This document shows positions 34,268-43,816 of a stretch of 64,000 nt of DNA, in pieces. The DNA is from Candidatus Calditenuaceae archaeon (GTDB lineage Archaea > Thermoproteota > Nitrososphaeria_A > Caldarchaeales > Calditenuaceae), in NCBI GenBank assembly GCA_025058225.1, contig JANXEE010000003.1, forward strand, positions 20,366-84,365, given 5' to 3'. A program made the translations under genes and the position numbers. Under the pieces are notes generated by a model. It was not told the DNA's origin. It worked only from the letters and a program-made list of their open reading frames with translations, and made no database searches. The first letter of the stretch is position 1. The number at the start of each line of letters is the position of its first letter.

Positions 34268-35347
34268 TCATCTCGACCGAGTTATCAGGAACTCCGACAG
34301 CTCCCTTAGGGCCCTCTTCGGCTCCGAGTCGGAAAGTTTTCCGTCGAGCTCCGTCCATGCATCTGTGACGATCCTCCTCGAGAAGGCTCTAGCATATTCT
34401 ATTGAACCGGCTGAAACCATCATATCTATAGCCTCCCTTATTAGATTGGGATCTGATGGACCTGAGTTGATTATCTCCGCGAGGCGCTTCGATCTCTCTC
34501 GAGGCAGAGTCCGAATGGCGTGAATGACCATGAGCGTCCTCTTTCCTTCCCTGATGTCACCACCTATCTCCTTACCGTACTCCTGTTCGTCACCGATTAG
34601 GTTGAGGATGTCGTCCTGGATCTGGAAGGCTACAGCGATAGAGTCTCCGAACCTGATGAGGGCCCTCTCGGTAACTGGATCGGCGTTTGCTAGGGCACAA
34701 GCGAACCTCATACCCATCCTCACCAGGGATCCGGTCTTGAGGCTGCACATCGTCAGGTAGGCATCCTCGTCATAGGAGGAGGAGAGAGACCTGTGCCACG
34801 CTATGTCGATCGCCTGGCCGAGGCTGAGGTTGGTCATCTCCTCCGCGAAGACCGACAGAACCTTCTCCACTACCGATCTCGGAACGCTGCCCCTTCTCAG
34901 GGCCGCGACGATCGGAAGGAAGTAGAGCGTGTTGCCCATGTTGATAGCCACGTCCACGCCGTAAACCACGTGGACGCACGGCTTCCCCCTCCTGAGCTCG
35001 CTCTGGTCCTCGACGTCGTCGACTGCAAGCGTACCGTTGTGGATGAGCTCCGTCACTACCGCGAGGTCAACGATCTCCTCAACCCTTCCTCCTAATGCCT
35101 CATACGTTAACATGGCCAGTATGGGTCTCCACCGCTTCCCGCCCCTGTCGAGAAGGTCCCATGCAGGAACGTTGACCGACTTCGTGATGGCCTCCGCATC
35201 AAACCTCATTCCTGACAACCCGCTCACGCGGCTGAGGAACGTCTCGTCGGCGGTCCTCGGGAGTATCGACTCCATGGAAGAGGCGATCATCTCCAGGTAC
35301 TTGCCAGACAGTCTCTCAAGCGTTCTCAATTCCACATTCGCTCCCAC
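34268..35347 (-). CDS. Geranylgeranyl diphosphate synthase (trans-polyprenyl synthetase)
   Basis: FARM motif in LAVDDVEDQSELRRGKP and SARM motif in FQIQDDILN; 359 aa. Confidence 0.85.
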   Translation of the reverse strand: MGANVELRTLERLSGKYLEMIASSMESILPRTADETFLSRVSGLSGMRFDAEAITKSVNVPAWDLLDRGGKRWRPILAMLTYEALGGRVEEIVDLAVVTELIHNGTLAVDDVEDQSELRRGKPCVHVVYGVDVAINMGNTLYFLPIVAALRRGSVPRSVVEKVLSVFAEEMTNLSLGQAIDIAWHRSLSSSYDEDAYLTMCSLKTGSLVRMGMRFACALANADPVTERALIRFGDSIAVAFQIQDDILNLIGDEQEYGKEIGGDIREGKRTLMVIHAIRTLPRERSKRLAEIINSGPSDPNLIREAIDMMVSAGSIEYARAFSRRIVTDAWTELDGKLSDSEPKRALRELSEFLITRSR

Positions 35348-35384
35348 GACCCTCTATTTACCTATCCGCACGAGGCGGTCGCGC

Positions 35385-36173
35385 TCAGAGGATCAACCCG
35401 GATGCCCTGAAGAACCTCTGGACCTCTGAGGCCTCCTCTTCCTGAGCCTTGCTCTGAGACACCTTCTGGGACATGTACTCCCTGTACTTCACGTCCAGGT
35501 TGCCGTATTTCCTGAGGTAACCTTCGGAGTTATGGGCCTCGTCAGCCTCCGTCAGGTAACCTTGAAGCTCCTCTTCCGTGGGATCTCTGTAGCGGTCAAC
35601 GTGATACACGAACCTCAACGGCATCCTCGGCCTCAGGGGCGGACTCTCTGCAGGCTGGCCGACACACATCAGGAAGAGCGGGATAACCTTCTCTGGAAGG
35701 TCCAGTGCCCTCGAGAACTCCTCTGGCGCCCTCAGGGGGTAGTCGAGGACGACGCTTCCCAAAGCTAGAGCCTCGGCAGCGATGACCATGTTCTCCATGA
35801 ACATCGCCATCTCCACCAGCATCTCAACGGTTTCCACCGGATGCCTCTCAGTCCTGAGCACGTGCCTCTCCGTCATCAACGAGAACATCCTGCTGGTTCT
35901 CCTGACGTCCAGGCACACTAAAAGGAGGAGAGGTGCCCTAAGGGGAGGGTCGTCGCCAATTATCTCGACTACCTTCCTCCTCACCTGAGGGTCTTTCAAC
36001 CTGATCACGGAGTAGGACTGGTAGACGCATGGAGCTCTCTGTCCGGCCTCAATGATCAGCCTCGCGACCTCTTCACCAACCGGTGCGCTGGAGAAGTACC
36101 TAATCGATCTCCGATTCAGCATAGCGCTGATAAGGCCCCGCCTCCTGACCGAGGCTGCCCTCATCCCGATCAC
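35385..36173 (-). CDS. Nitroreductase-family protein
   Basis: MLNRRSIRYFSSAPVGEEVARLIIEAGQRAP is the typical nitroreductase N-terminus. The likely start is that Met (about 36122). Confidence 0.7.
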   Translation of the reverse strand: MIGMRAASVRRRGLISAMLNRRSIRYFSSAPVGEEVARLIIEAGQRAPCVYQSYSVIRLKDPQVRRKVVEIIGDDPPLRAPLLLLVCLDVRRTSRMFSLMTERHVLRTERHPVETVEMLVEMAMFMENMVIAAEALALGSVVLDYPLRAPEEFSRALDLPEKVIPLFLMCVGQPAESPPLRPRMPLRFVYHVDRYRDPTEEELQGYLTEADEAHNSEGYLRKYGNLDVKYREYMSQKVSQSKAQEEEASEVQRFFRASGLIL

Positions 36174-36222
36174 ACGAATTGAGGAGCTTAGTAAGATTTA
36201 CCCTGAGTGGTCGTAGATGGGA

Positions 36223-36813
36223 TCACCCGCGCTGAGGACCGGCGCTGTCCTCAACGAAGAGCGGGAGAACTCCGAGGTGCTCGACGTCGTCGTGAACCCT
36301 GCCCTCGACGAGTATCGCGGCCTTCTTGTAAACGATTCCGCCGGCCCTCCTGACCAGCTCCTCAAGCGCGTTGAGCGTCTCCTTCGTGCTCACGATGTCA
36401 TCAACGATCGCCACCTTCCTCCCCTCGAGCACCCTAGCGTATCTCCCGTCTATGGTGAGCGTTTGCGGTCTGTCGCTGGTGATGGGTTTGTAGGAGACCG
36501 TGATGGGGTCCTCCATGAACGGCAACCTTCTCTTCCTCGCGATGACGTACTGTTTGTGTCCGAGGATCTTCGCGATCTCGTGGACCAGTGGCACGCCCTT
36601 CGTCTCGGAGGTGAAGAGGACGTCAGCACCCCTCAACCGATCGGCCAGCAGCTTTGCGCAGTGCGAGAGGAACTCCACGTCGCCGAGGCTGTCGAAGTAG
36701 GCGATGTAGAGCCGGTCGGAGACCTTCATCAGTGGCAAGCTCTTCCTGTATCCGATGACCTCGAGCTCGTAGAACCTCCTTCCCTGCAGCGGGAGAATTA
36801 CCTCTCCCTGCAA
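36223..36813 (-). CDS. Purine/adenine phosphoribosyltransferase-like protein
   Basis: PRPP-binding motif VAIVDDIVSTKETL; 196 aa. Confidence 0.65.
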   Translation of the reverse strand: MQGEVILPLQGRRFYELEVIGYRKSLPLMKVSDRLYIAYFDSLGDVEFLSHCAKLLADRLRGADVLFTSETKGVPLVHEIAKILGHKQYVIARKRRLPFMEDPITVSYKPITSDRPQTLTIDGRYARVLEGRKVAIVDDIVSTKETLNALEELVRRAGGIVYKKAAILVEGRVHDDVEHLGVLPLFVEDSAGPQRG

Positions 36814-36856
36814 ACCGTTCGTTTTGGAGACGGCTCCGTGATAAACCTTGTTCAGG

Positions 36857-38938
36857 TCAGGTTCTCCTGCGGTTGAGGCTGGGGCGGAGGACGTTGACGG
36901 TGTGGAGGACCGGTACGTCGAGGAACTCCCTGAGCTGCAGGGAGCAGACGCTGCTCTCCGTGACCACTAGGTCTGGCCGTTCCGCACGTATCCTCTCCGT
37001 GACCATCCTCCCGATCTCTGAGCTGAGCCCCCTCCCGACGGGGCCGCTCCTCATGCCCCACGTCCCAGCCATTCCGCAACATCCCAACGCCCTCGTGACG
37101 ACCCTCAATCCGACTCTCTCCAGCAGAGACCTGGTCGCGTCCATCAGGTCGCTTCCCTGGCCGTGACAGCTGACGTGATAGTAGGCGAGTTTTCCTGCCA
37201 GCTCCGATCGCCCGAATTCTGTCGAAAGACCGTCCTTCACGAGCAGCTCGCTCAGGTGGAAAGTAGACCTCGCGATTGTCTTCGACTCCGGAGTTCCGAG
37301 GACCGCAGGGAACACCTCCCTCAAGCAGTAGCTCGCGGTAGGTTCCGTGACGACGACCCTCGCTCCTCGCTCCACGTATGGTAGCAACGCCTCGGTGATC
37401 CTTTCAGAGACCGCCGAGGCGAGGCCGAGACCGCCGTATTGAATCGCAGGCATGTGTGTCCCCGGACCGCTGTACAGCACTACCTTGTAACCGAGAGACC
37501 TGAGTGTGATGACTGCCTCGACTCCGACACCCCAGTCGATGAAAGAGGTGTAGGTGTCCGGGAAGTACACAACGGTTCCAGCCCCAACGTCACGGTCGTC
37601 ACTGATGTTGAGACTCTCCAGCGCCCCGCGGAGAGTCCCGCCCCTGAAATCTGGCAGCGGTGCGTCCTTGTCAATTCCAGCTAACGCCTCCAGCACTGCC
37701 CTGAAAGCCCTGGACTTGTGGGCGCGGTTGAGAAGAGGGGCCAGCCGCCCGCCTAGCCTCGCGTAAAGCTCGAAGCCGCCCGCCAGCAGGCTCACCTTCA
37801 GGTCTCTCTTCGAGAACGATTTCACCCTCGAGATGAGCAGAGGGATTCTGATACCGACCGGACACTCCAGCTCGCAGAGGCCGCAACTGAAGCAGAGCCA
37901 TGCATACTCGTTCGCGGCATCGAATCCTGAAGTGATCGCGTCCCACACCACACCGATGGGTCCCGAGTAGTTCTTGCCGAAGACCAGGCCGCTGACGGTC
38001 CTGTAGGGGTTGCAGACGTTGAAGCAGGCGCCGCACCTCACGCAGAGGTTCACTTGCCATAGCCACGGGTCACTCAGGGCCTCGGTCCTCCCGTTGTCGA
38101 GCAGTATTAGCACGAACCTCTTCCCATCCCCCCACCACCGGGGGCCGTACAGGGTGACGTAGGAAGGCATCCTGCCGGTCGCGCTGGCCGACTGGACCCT
38201 CGCGACCCTAACTGCGGCCTCAAGGCCCTTCACCAGCTTCTCGACTCCCGCGACGCAGACGACGAGTCCCGGGAACCCGACGACGAACTGTTCGTTCCCC
38301 TCGTTGGTGACGACCACGACCGTCCCGGTCTCCGAGTCGATCGCGTTAGCGCCGGTGATCCCCGCGGCCGCCCTCATCATCTCCCCGCGGAGGTGCCTCC
38401 TGACCGCACCGACGATGCTCCCGGGATCTGGGTCCACCCCCTCTCCCAGCGACTTAGTCAGTATCGCGGCGACCTCCTCCCTTGACAAGTGGAGCGCAGG
38501 CCCGAGGATGTGTGAGGGCCTCCCGCCAGAGAGCTGGACGACCCTCTCGCCCAAGTCGGTCTCGACGACCTCGATCCCCGCGGAGAGGAGGGCCTCGTTG
38601 AGGTGGATCTCCTCGCTCGTGATCGACTTGGACTTGATCACCTTCCTCACGCCCGCGTCCTTCAGGACCCTGACGACAGTCATCCTCGCGTCCTCTGCGC
38701 CCCTCGCGAAGATCACTTCGCCTCCGGCCCGCTCGACCGCGGTCCTCACCTCCTCAACTAGCTCTTCGAGCCTCCGGAGCGCGGAGACCTTCGACTCCCT
38801 GACCAGACTCAGCTCATCGACGCTCAGCCTCCTGATCCCCTCGTCCCGAGAGCGCTTCGTCTCCTCGAAGACCCTCCAGAGCCTCTCGACCCTGGCCCCC
38901 TCCCTCAGCGCCTCCGCGGTCCTGCGCTCGAGGCTCAT
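36857..38938 (-). CDS. LutB-like Fe-S lactate-utilisation protein fused to a LutA/GlcF-like CCG (cysteine-rich) domain
   Basis: I prefer the ATG at 38938 (693 aa), which overlaps the lutC-like stop (ATGA). The N-terminal half is LUD/LutB-like with CVRCGACFNVCNPY and CFSCGLCELECPVG. The C-terminal half has CCG-type motifs (VSCHGQG, ALGCCGMAGTWG). Confidence 0.65.
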   Translation of the reverse strand: MSLERRTAEALREGARVERLWRVFEETKRSRDEGIRRLSVDELSLVRESKVSALRRLEELVEEVRTAVERAGGEVIFARGAEDARMTVVRVLKDAGVRKVIKSKSITSEEIHLNEALLSAGIEVVETDLGERVVQLSGGRPSHILGPALHLSREEVAAILTKSLGEGVDPDPGSIVGAVRRHLRGEMMRAAAGITGANAIDSETGTVVVVTNEGNEQFVVGFPGLVVCVAGVEKLVKGLEAAVRVARVQSASATGRMPSYVTLYGPRWWGDGKRFVLILLDNGRTEALSDPWLWQVNLCVRCGACFNVCNPYRTVSGLVFGKNYSGPIGVVWDAITSGFDAANEYAWLCFSCGLCELECPVGIRIPLLISRVKSFSKRDLKVSLLAGGFELYARLGGRLAPLLNRAHKSRAFRAVLEALAGIDKDAPLPDFRGGTLRGALESLNISDDRDVGAGTVVYFPDTYTSFIDWGVGVEAVITLRSLGYKVVLYSGPGTHMPAIQYGGLGLASAVSERITEALLPYVERGARVVVTEPTASYCLREVFPAVLGTPESKTIARSTFHLSELLVKDGLSTEFGRSELAGKLAYYHVSCHGQGSDLMDATRSLLERVGLRVVTRALGCCGMAGTWGMRSGPVGRGLSSEIGRMVTERIRAERPDLVVTESSVCSLQLREFLDVPVLHTVNVLRPSLNRRRT

Positions 38939-39468
38939 GGGCTCACCGCGAACCTCAGCGTCACTGGCCCGTGGGCACCGAGGACCCTCACGTGCTCGAC
39001 GTCCCTCGTCGCGCTGGGCCCTATCACGAGGTGGACCGGCCCGCCCGACTCCGTCAGGACCCCGCGGATGACAGATGACGCCTTCGCGACGTCGAGGACG
39101 CATTCGGCCCGGATCAGGACCATCAGGTGCTCAGTCATCGCGGTGGCCCTCTGCGTCCGCGCGTCCCCCCAGAGGACCGCGGCCCCCATCTCGGCGATCG
39201 CGGCGCCCGCCGACCTGACCAACAGAACTCCGTTGTCGTGGTGCTTCAGGAGCTCGAGGTCGACCTCCCTCAGGGGCCTGGCCTCCATCGGAAGGAAGAG
39301 CTCGCCCCGGTCGGCGGCCTCGGCGAGGGCGCCGTCGACGACGATCAGCCTCGCGCCCACCTCTGATGCAGCACGCTCCACGACCTCCCTGAGCTCGAGG
39401 GCTCCGCGCAACACGTCCACCAGCACGCCGTTCGCCCGACAGCTCTCGAGGAAGGCCTCCAGCGACAA
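38935..39468 (-). CDS. LutC/YkgG-like LUD-domain protein
   Basis: 177 aa. VHLVIGPSATRDVEHVRVLGAHGPVTLRF matches the conserved C-terminal LUD block. Confidence 0.65.
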   Translation of the reverse strand: MSLEAFLESCRANGVLVDVLRGALELREVVERAASEVGARLIVVDGALAEAADRGELFLPMEARPLREVDLELLKHHDNGVLLVRSAGAAIAEMGAAVLWGDARTQRATAMTEHLMVLIRAECVLDVAKASSVIRGVLTESGGPVHLVIGPSATRDVEHVRVLGAHGPVTLRFAVSP

Positions 39469-39504
39469 CCGTCAGTCTTCGGCGGGCCCGCTGAAATAAG
39501 GATA

Positions 39505-41436
39505 TTGAAGGCTCTGTGCCCTGAAGCCTTGGAGGGGATGAGGGTACCGCTAAGCCACTTCGAGCTCCAAGCGCTGGCGAGGGAGATCTGTCCGAGGCTG
39601 GAGGGCGCGAGGGTCGCGAACGTCTACTCGATGCCCGACGGGACCTACACGTTCAAGCTCAGGACTAGGTCTGGGACGGTCGAGCTGAGGGTCGTGCCAG
39701 AGTCACTCATCTTCTTGGTCGAGGGCACGTACGAGGAACACCCTCCTCCCGACGAGTTCGCGTCCTCGCTGAGGTCCAGGCTGAGGGGTAGGACGGTGAA
39801 GGCGTTCAGGGCGGTTGAGGGCGAGAGGGTCGTCGAAGTGGTCTTCGACTCCGGAGAGAAGCTCCTGCTCCAGCTCTTCCCCGGAGGCAGGACGGTGCTC
39901 ATCTCGGAGTCCGGCGACGTCGTCCTATCGCGTCCGGCCCTCGAGCGCGGAGAGCGGGTCCAAGCCCCGACCGTGAGGCCTGTGAGCTCGCAGGATCTCC
40001 TCGGGGCCCTGAGGTCTCTGACCGGGGATCAGAAGGTAGGGTCCGCGATGGTGAGGTCGCTGAACCTCCCTCCGAAGTACGTCAACGAGGTCCTCCACAG
40101 GGCCGGGATCGAGGGCTCGAGGAAAGTCAGGGAGCTGAGCGCGGAGGAGCTGGAGAGGGTCGGGGGAGCGCTCTCTGGCCTCCTGGAGGAGCTCTCGGCG
40201 GGCAGGCCTCTCGTCTACAGGTCTCGGGAAGGGGTCGAGGTCTCGATGGCGAGGCTCACGCACCTCGAGGCGAAGGGGTACGAACCTGAAGCGTTCGGGA
40301 CGGTCAACGATGCGGTCACGAGGTACTTCGCGGAACACTCGGCGGTCCAGCGGGCCGCGTCGAGGTCCAAGGAGGTCGAGGAGAGGGCCGCGAGGCTGAG
40401 CAGGGAGATCGCGGAGAAGGAGGAGGCGCTCCGGAAGGTCGACGCAGACGCAGCGGAGCTGAGGGCCCTCGCCGACGAAGTCTTCGCCCGGATGCACGAG
40501 CTCGAGTCCTTCAGGGTAGGTGGCGACTCTTCGGCGGAGATCGGTGCGCTCTCGGTCAGGAGGGAGGGTGGGGTGATGGTCGTGAGGAGGGGAGGAGCTG
40601 AGTTCCCGCTCAGCGCGAGGGAGCAGGTCTCAAAGCAGGCCTCGAGGATCTACGAGAGGGTGAAGGGGCTCGAGGAGGCGGCGCGGAACATCAGGGCCGA
40701 GGTCGAGCGGCTGAAGTCAGAGGTCGAGGAGCTGAGGCGGTCCGTCACCGAGGCGATGCCCGTCGAGGAGCCCTCGGTCAAGCGGTCGAGACCGAGGGAG
40801 TGGTACGAGGCCTACCGGTGGACCTTCACGAGCTCGGGGAGGCTCGTCGTGGCCGGGAGGGACGCGCAGAGCAACGTAAGGCTCCTCAGGAGGCACATGG
40901 ACCCCGACGACCTCGTCTTCCACGCGGAGGTGAGGGGCTCGCCTGTCGCGCTGATGAAGGGCGTCGGCGACGAGAGGGACGTCCTTGAGGCCGCGACGTT
41001 CTGCGGGTGTTACAGCAGGGCCTGGAGGGAGGGGCTCGGGTCGGTAACGGTCTACCACGTGAAGCCCGAGCAGGTCTCCTTCACGCCGCCTCCCGGCACC
41101 TACCTCCCGAGGGGTTCGTTCATCGTCAAGCCGCCGAAGACTTACCTGCAGGTGAGGCTGGAGCTCGCGGTCGGGGTCACTCCTGAGGGGAGGGCCGTCT
41201 CCGGGAGCAGGGGTTGGGTCGGTTCGGTCGCCGCGGTCTACGCGGTCATCGTCCCAGGGCGGCGGAGGGCCGTCGAGGTCGCGAGGGAGCTGCTGAGGGC
41301 CGCTAACGAATCGGGGCTCGAGCTCGATGGATCGCTGGTCACGGAGCTCGCGTCGCTCGTCCCATACGGCTCCGCTGAGGTCGTCGAAGTGATCACGGCC
41401 GCGGTCAGGGGAGAGGCCTCGGGCTCTGAGCCGTGA
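39505..41436 (+). CDS. NFACT-family protein (archaeal RqcH/Rqc2/NEMF homolog, FbpA/DUF814)
   Basis: 643 aa with an NFACT-N-like N-terminus and a central coiled coil. The NFACT-R/DUF814 block is WTFTSSGRLVVAGRDAQSNVRLLRRHMDPDDLVFHAEVRGSPVALMK. Confidence 0.75.
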   Translation: MKALCPEALEGMRVPLSHFELQALAREICPRLEGARVANVYSMPDGTYTFKLRTRSGTVELRVVPESLIFLVEGTYEEHPPPDEFASSLRSRLRGRTVKAFRAVEGERVVEVVFDSGEKLLLQLFPGGRTVLISESGDVVLSRPALERGERVQAPTVRPVSSQDLLGALRSLTGDQKVGSAMVRSLNLPPKYVNEVLHRAGIEGSRKVRELSAEELERVGGALSGLLEELSAGRPLVYRSREGVEVSMARLTHLEAKGYEPEAFGTVNDAVTRYFAEHSAVQRAASRSKEVEERAARLSREIAEKEEALRKVDADAAELRALADEVFARMHELESFRVGGDSSAEIGALSVRREGGVMVVRRGGAEFPLSAREQVSKQASRIYERVKGLEEAARNIRAEVERLKSEVEELRRSVTEAMPVEEPSVKRSRPREWYEAYRWTFTSSGRLVVAGRDAQSNVRLLRRHMDPDDLVFHAEVRGSPVALMKGVGDERDVLEAATFCGCYSRAWREGLGSVTVYHVKPEQVSFTPPPGTYLPRGSFIVKPPKTYLQVRLELAVGVTPEGRAVSGSRGWVGSVAAVYAVIVPGRRRAVEVARELLRAANESGLELDGSLVTELASLVPYGSAEVVEVITAAVRGEASGSEP

Positions 41437-41449
41437 TCGTGTGAGGGAA

Positions 41450-41571
41450 GGGGCACCAGCACGCGACTTTCACGGGTGGTCTCCCACCCCACTACTCGCC
41501 GCGCGGACGGGGCTTAGCTTCCGGGTTCGGAACGGGTCCGGGCGTTTCCCCCGTCCTATGACCGGTGCCCC
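41450..41571 (-). rRNA. 5S ribosomal RNA (stand-alone)
   Basis: The reverse complement reads GGGGCACCGGTCATAGGACGGGGGAAACGCCCGGACCCGTTCCGAACCCGGAAGCTAAGCCCCGTCCGCGCGGCGAGTAGTGGGGTGGGAGACCACCCGTGAAAGTCGCGTGCTGGTGCCCC. Helix I ends pair (GGGGCACC/GGTGCCCC) and the conserved CCGAACCCGGAAGCTAAGC block is present. TATA-like ttaatacc lies about 25-30 nt upstream. Confidence 0.9.
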
Positions 41572-41630
41572 ACCACACGAACCCATCGGCTCGGTATTAA
41601 CCATGAACCTGCTGGAGAGCATATTAGACC

Positions 41631-42635
41631 GTGCGGTGCAGTAGGCGTGTGAAGGTGCTGCTGTTGAAGGAGGAGGAAGTGAGATCGCTGCTCACGATGC
41701 GTGAAGCGATCACAGCGGTCGAGATGGCTTACAGGGAGAAGGGGCTGGCAAGGGTCCAGATGCCACCGAAGACGTACCTGTACTTCGACGGTTTCGATGG
41801 AGACCTGAGGGTGATGCCGTCGTACATAGAGGCCATCGGGATGGCCGGCGTCAAGCTCGTCAACTCCCACCCCCTCAACCCCGAGCGCTACGGCCTCCCT
41901 ACGGTGATGGCCATCGTGGCTCTCTACGACCCTAAAGACGGCAGGCCGCTCGCGCTCATGGGCGGGACCTGGCTGACCGCGATGAGGACGGGGGCCGGAA
42001 GCGGCGTCGCCACCAAATACCTCGCGAGGAAGGGGTCGAACGTCGTCGGTATAATCGGTGCCGGAACGCAGGCAAGGACCCAGCTCATGGCGATGGTGGA
42101 AGTCCTCAACGGCCTCTCGGAGGTCAGGGTCTACGACAGGAGGGTTGAAACGGCGAGGGCCTTCTCCGAATGGGCTTCGGGAGAGCTGGGGATTTCGCCA
42201 AGGGTCTGTGAGTCGCCGGAGGACTGCGTGAAGGGAACCGACGTACTCTGCACCACCACCCCCTCACGCGCACCGATCGTGATGGCCGAATGGGTGGGCC
42301 CAGGGACGCACATCAACGCCATCGGAGCTGATGCGCCCGGAAAGCAGGAACTCGACCCGAAGATCCTCAAGAGGGCCGCGATCTTCGTGGACGACCTGCA
42401 GCAGGCTGTACACAGCGGAGAGGTCAACGTCCCCATCAGGCAGGGCCTTCTGGACGTCGGGGAGATCAAAGGCGAGATCGGTGACGTCGTAGCCGGCAAA
42501 AAAGCCGGCCGCACCGATGACGGTGAGGTCACGGTTTACGACTCGACAGGGCTGGCGATATTGGACCTCGCAACGGGTGAGCTGATTTACAGGAAGGCCC
42601 TCAAGGAGGACGTGGGGACGTGGATAGAGCTTTGA
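41631..42635 (+). CDS. Ornithine cyclodeaminase/mu-crystallin family enzyme (archaeal alanine dehydrogenase-like)
   Basis: VGIIGAGTQARTQL (Rossmann motif), TAMRTGA and INAIGADAPGKQELD; 334 aa. The start is probably a few codons downstream of the ORF-track start. Confidence 0.7.
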   Translation: MRCSRRVKVLLLKEEEVRSLLTMREAITAVEMAYREKGLARVQMPPKTYLYFDGFDGDLRVMPSYIEAIGMAGVKLVNSHPLNPERYGLPTVMAIVALYDPKDGRPLALMGGTWLTAMRTGAGSGVATKYLARKGSNVVGIIGAGTQARTQLMAMVEVLNGLSEVRVYDRRVETARAFSEWASGELGISPRVCESPEDCVKGTDVLCTTTPSRAPIVMAEWVGPGTHINAIGADAPGKQELDPKILKRAAIFVDDLQQAVHSGEVNVPIRQGLLDVGEIKGEIGDVVAGKKAGRTDDGEVTVYDSTGLAILDLATGELIYRKALKEDVGTWIEL

Positions 42636-42638
42636 TCT

Positions 42639-43022
42639 TCACTTGGGCTGGTCCTTCTCCCTCAAGTACTCCCGGAGCTCCACCCCCTTCCTGAGGACGG
42701 TCATCAGGGCGTCGATGGTCTCGGCGAGGCGCTCGATCTCGTCGGGGTCGCCGGTCCTCGCCAGGATCCTGGTGAGCTCGTCGATCTTCGCGACCATCAC
42801 CTCCTCTAATTCGCTGAGGACGTAGGGGTAGATGGCCCTGCCGGCCTCGGTCTCGTCCCTGACTATTACGACAGGTTTGTCGCAGACGGCGCACATCACT
42901 TGTCCCTTTACTTCCACCAGCGGGCTCCCGCATTCCGGGCAGCTCTCCGTCCTCAGCTTCGCGCCCGATTTCAGTACTGCGGCAAGCCTCTTCACCCTCT
43001 CATCGCTCCTCGTGCGTTCCAT
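42639..43022 (-). CDS. UPF0148 / autoantigen p27-like Zn-ribbon protein
   Basis: I prefer the ATG at 43022 (127 aa). RLAAVLKSGAKLRTESCPECGSPLVEVKGQVMCAVCDKPV is the family pattern. The ORF-track N-terminal extension is Arg/Pro-rich junk. Confidence 0.55.
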   Translation of the reverse strand: MERTRSDERVKRLAAVLKSGAKLRTESCPECGSPLVEVKGQVMCAVCDKPVVIVRDETEAGRAIYPYVLSELEEVMVAKIDELTRILARTGDPDEIERLAETIDALMTVLRKGVELREYLREKDQPK

Positions 43023-43123
43023 CGCTACAAGGAGTGCTCTCCCGCGGTCAAAAAAGTATTGCTCTGCCCGGAGTTCCACGTCGGGGGAAACCGTTATGAG
43101 CAGAGCTCTGTGCGGTCGGTGCG

Positions 43124-43753
43124 ATGGGGTGGGAGACGCTAATCCCGGTGGTGATCGTCGTCTCAGCGAGCGGCGTTCTCTCACCCGGGCCGCTCACGAT
43201 CGTCACGGTCTCCTCAGGCGCGAGGTACGGAAGGCTCGCGGGGCCTCTGGTCTCAACCGGACACATGTTCGTTGAGTTCCCGCTCGTGCTAGCCATCGCG
43301 TCTGGGCTCACCGGTGTACTTCAGGACAAGGGTGCGCAGTCGGTGATCGGGGCGCTAGGCGGTGCTGCGTTAATCGTCTTCGGTCTGCTGGGGATCTCGC
43401 AGTCCTTGAAGACCAAATCCCTTGATGCACCTGGGTTCAGAACTGGGAGGTTCAAGGGCGGGCCGTTCATCGCGGGGCTCCTCTTCACCGGCCTAAACCC
43501 CTTCTTCATCACGTGGTGGCTGACCGTGGGAACGGCTCTGATCGCAGAGGCCCTTGCGTTGGCCTCGGTCGCAGGTGTTATCGTCATGTACGCCTCCCAC
43601 ATATGGATGGACTACGTGTGGCTGACGTTCCTCGGCGTCGCGTCGGAACGCGCGCTGGGACTTCTCGGGTCTAAGGCCCTCAGGTACATGGAACTCCTGC
43701 TGAGCTCCGCCCTCGTTGCGATGGGAGCCTTCCTATTTCTCAGGGTAATTTAG
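43124..43753 (+). CDS. LysE/RhtB-family amino-acid exporter
   Basis: 209 aa with about 6 TM segments. SPGPLTIVTVSSGARYG resembles the LysE N-terminal motif. Confidence 0.6.
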   Translation: MGWETLIPVVIVVSASGVLSPGPLTIVTVSSGARYGRLAGPLVSTGHMFVEFPLVLAIASGLTGVLQDKGAQSVIGALGGAALIVFGLLGISQSLKTKSLDAPGFRTGRFKGGPFIAGLLFTGLNPFFITWWLTVGTALIAEALALASVAGVIVMYASHIWMDYVWLTFLGVASERALGLLGSKALRYMELLLSSALVAMGAFLFLRVI

Positions 43754-43816
43754 GTCCGATCCCCCGGCTCAATTCTTCGGTTAGCCATAATAAGGCACGT
43801 TAGCCTGTTCACTCAG

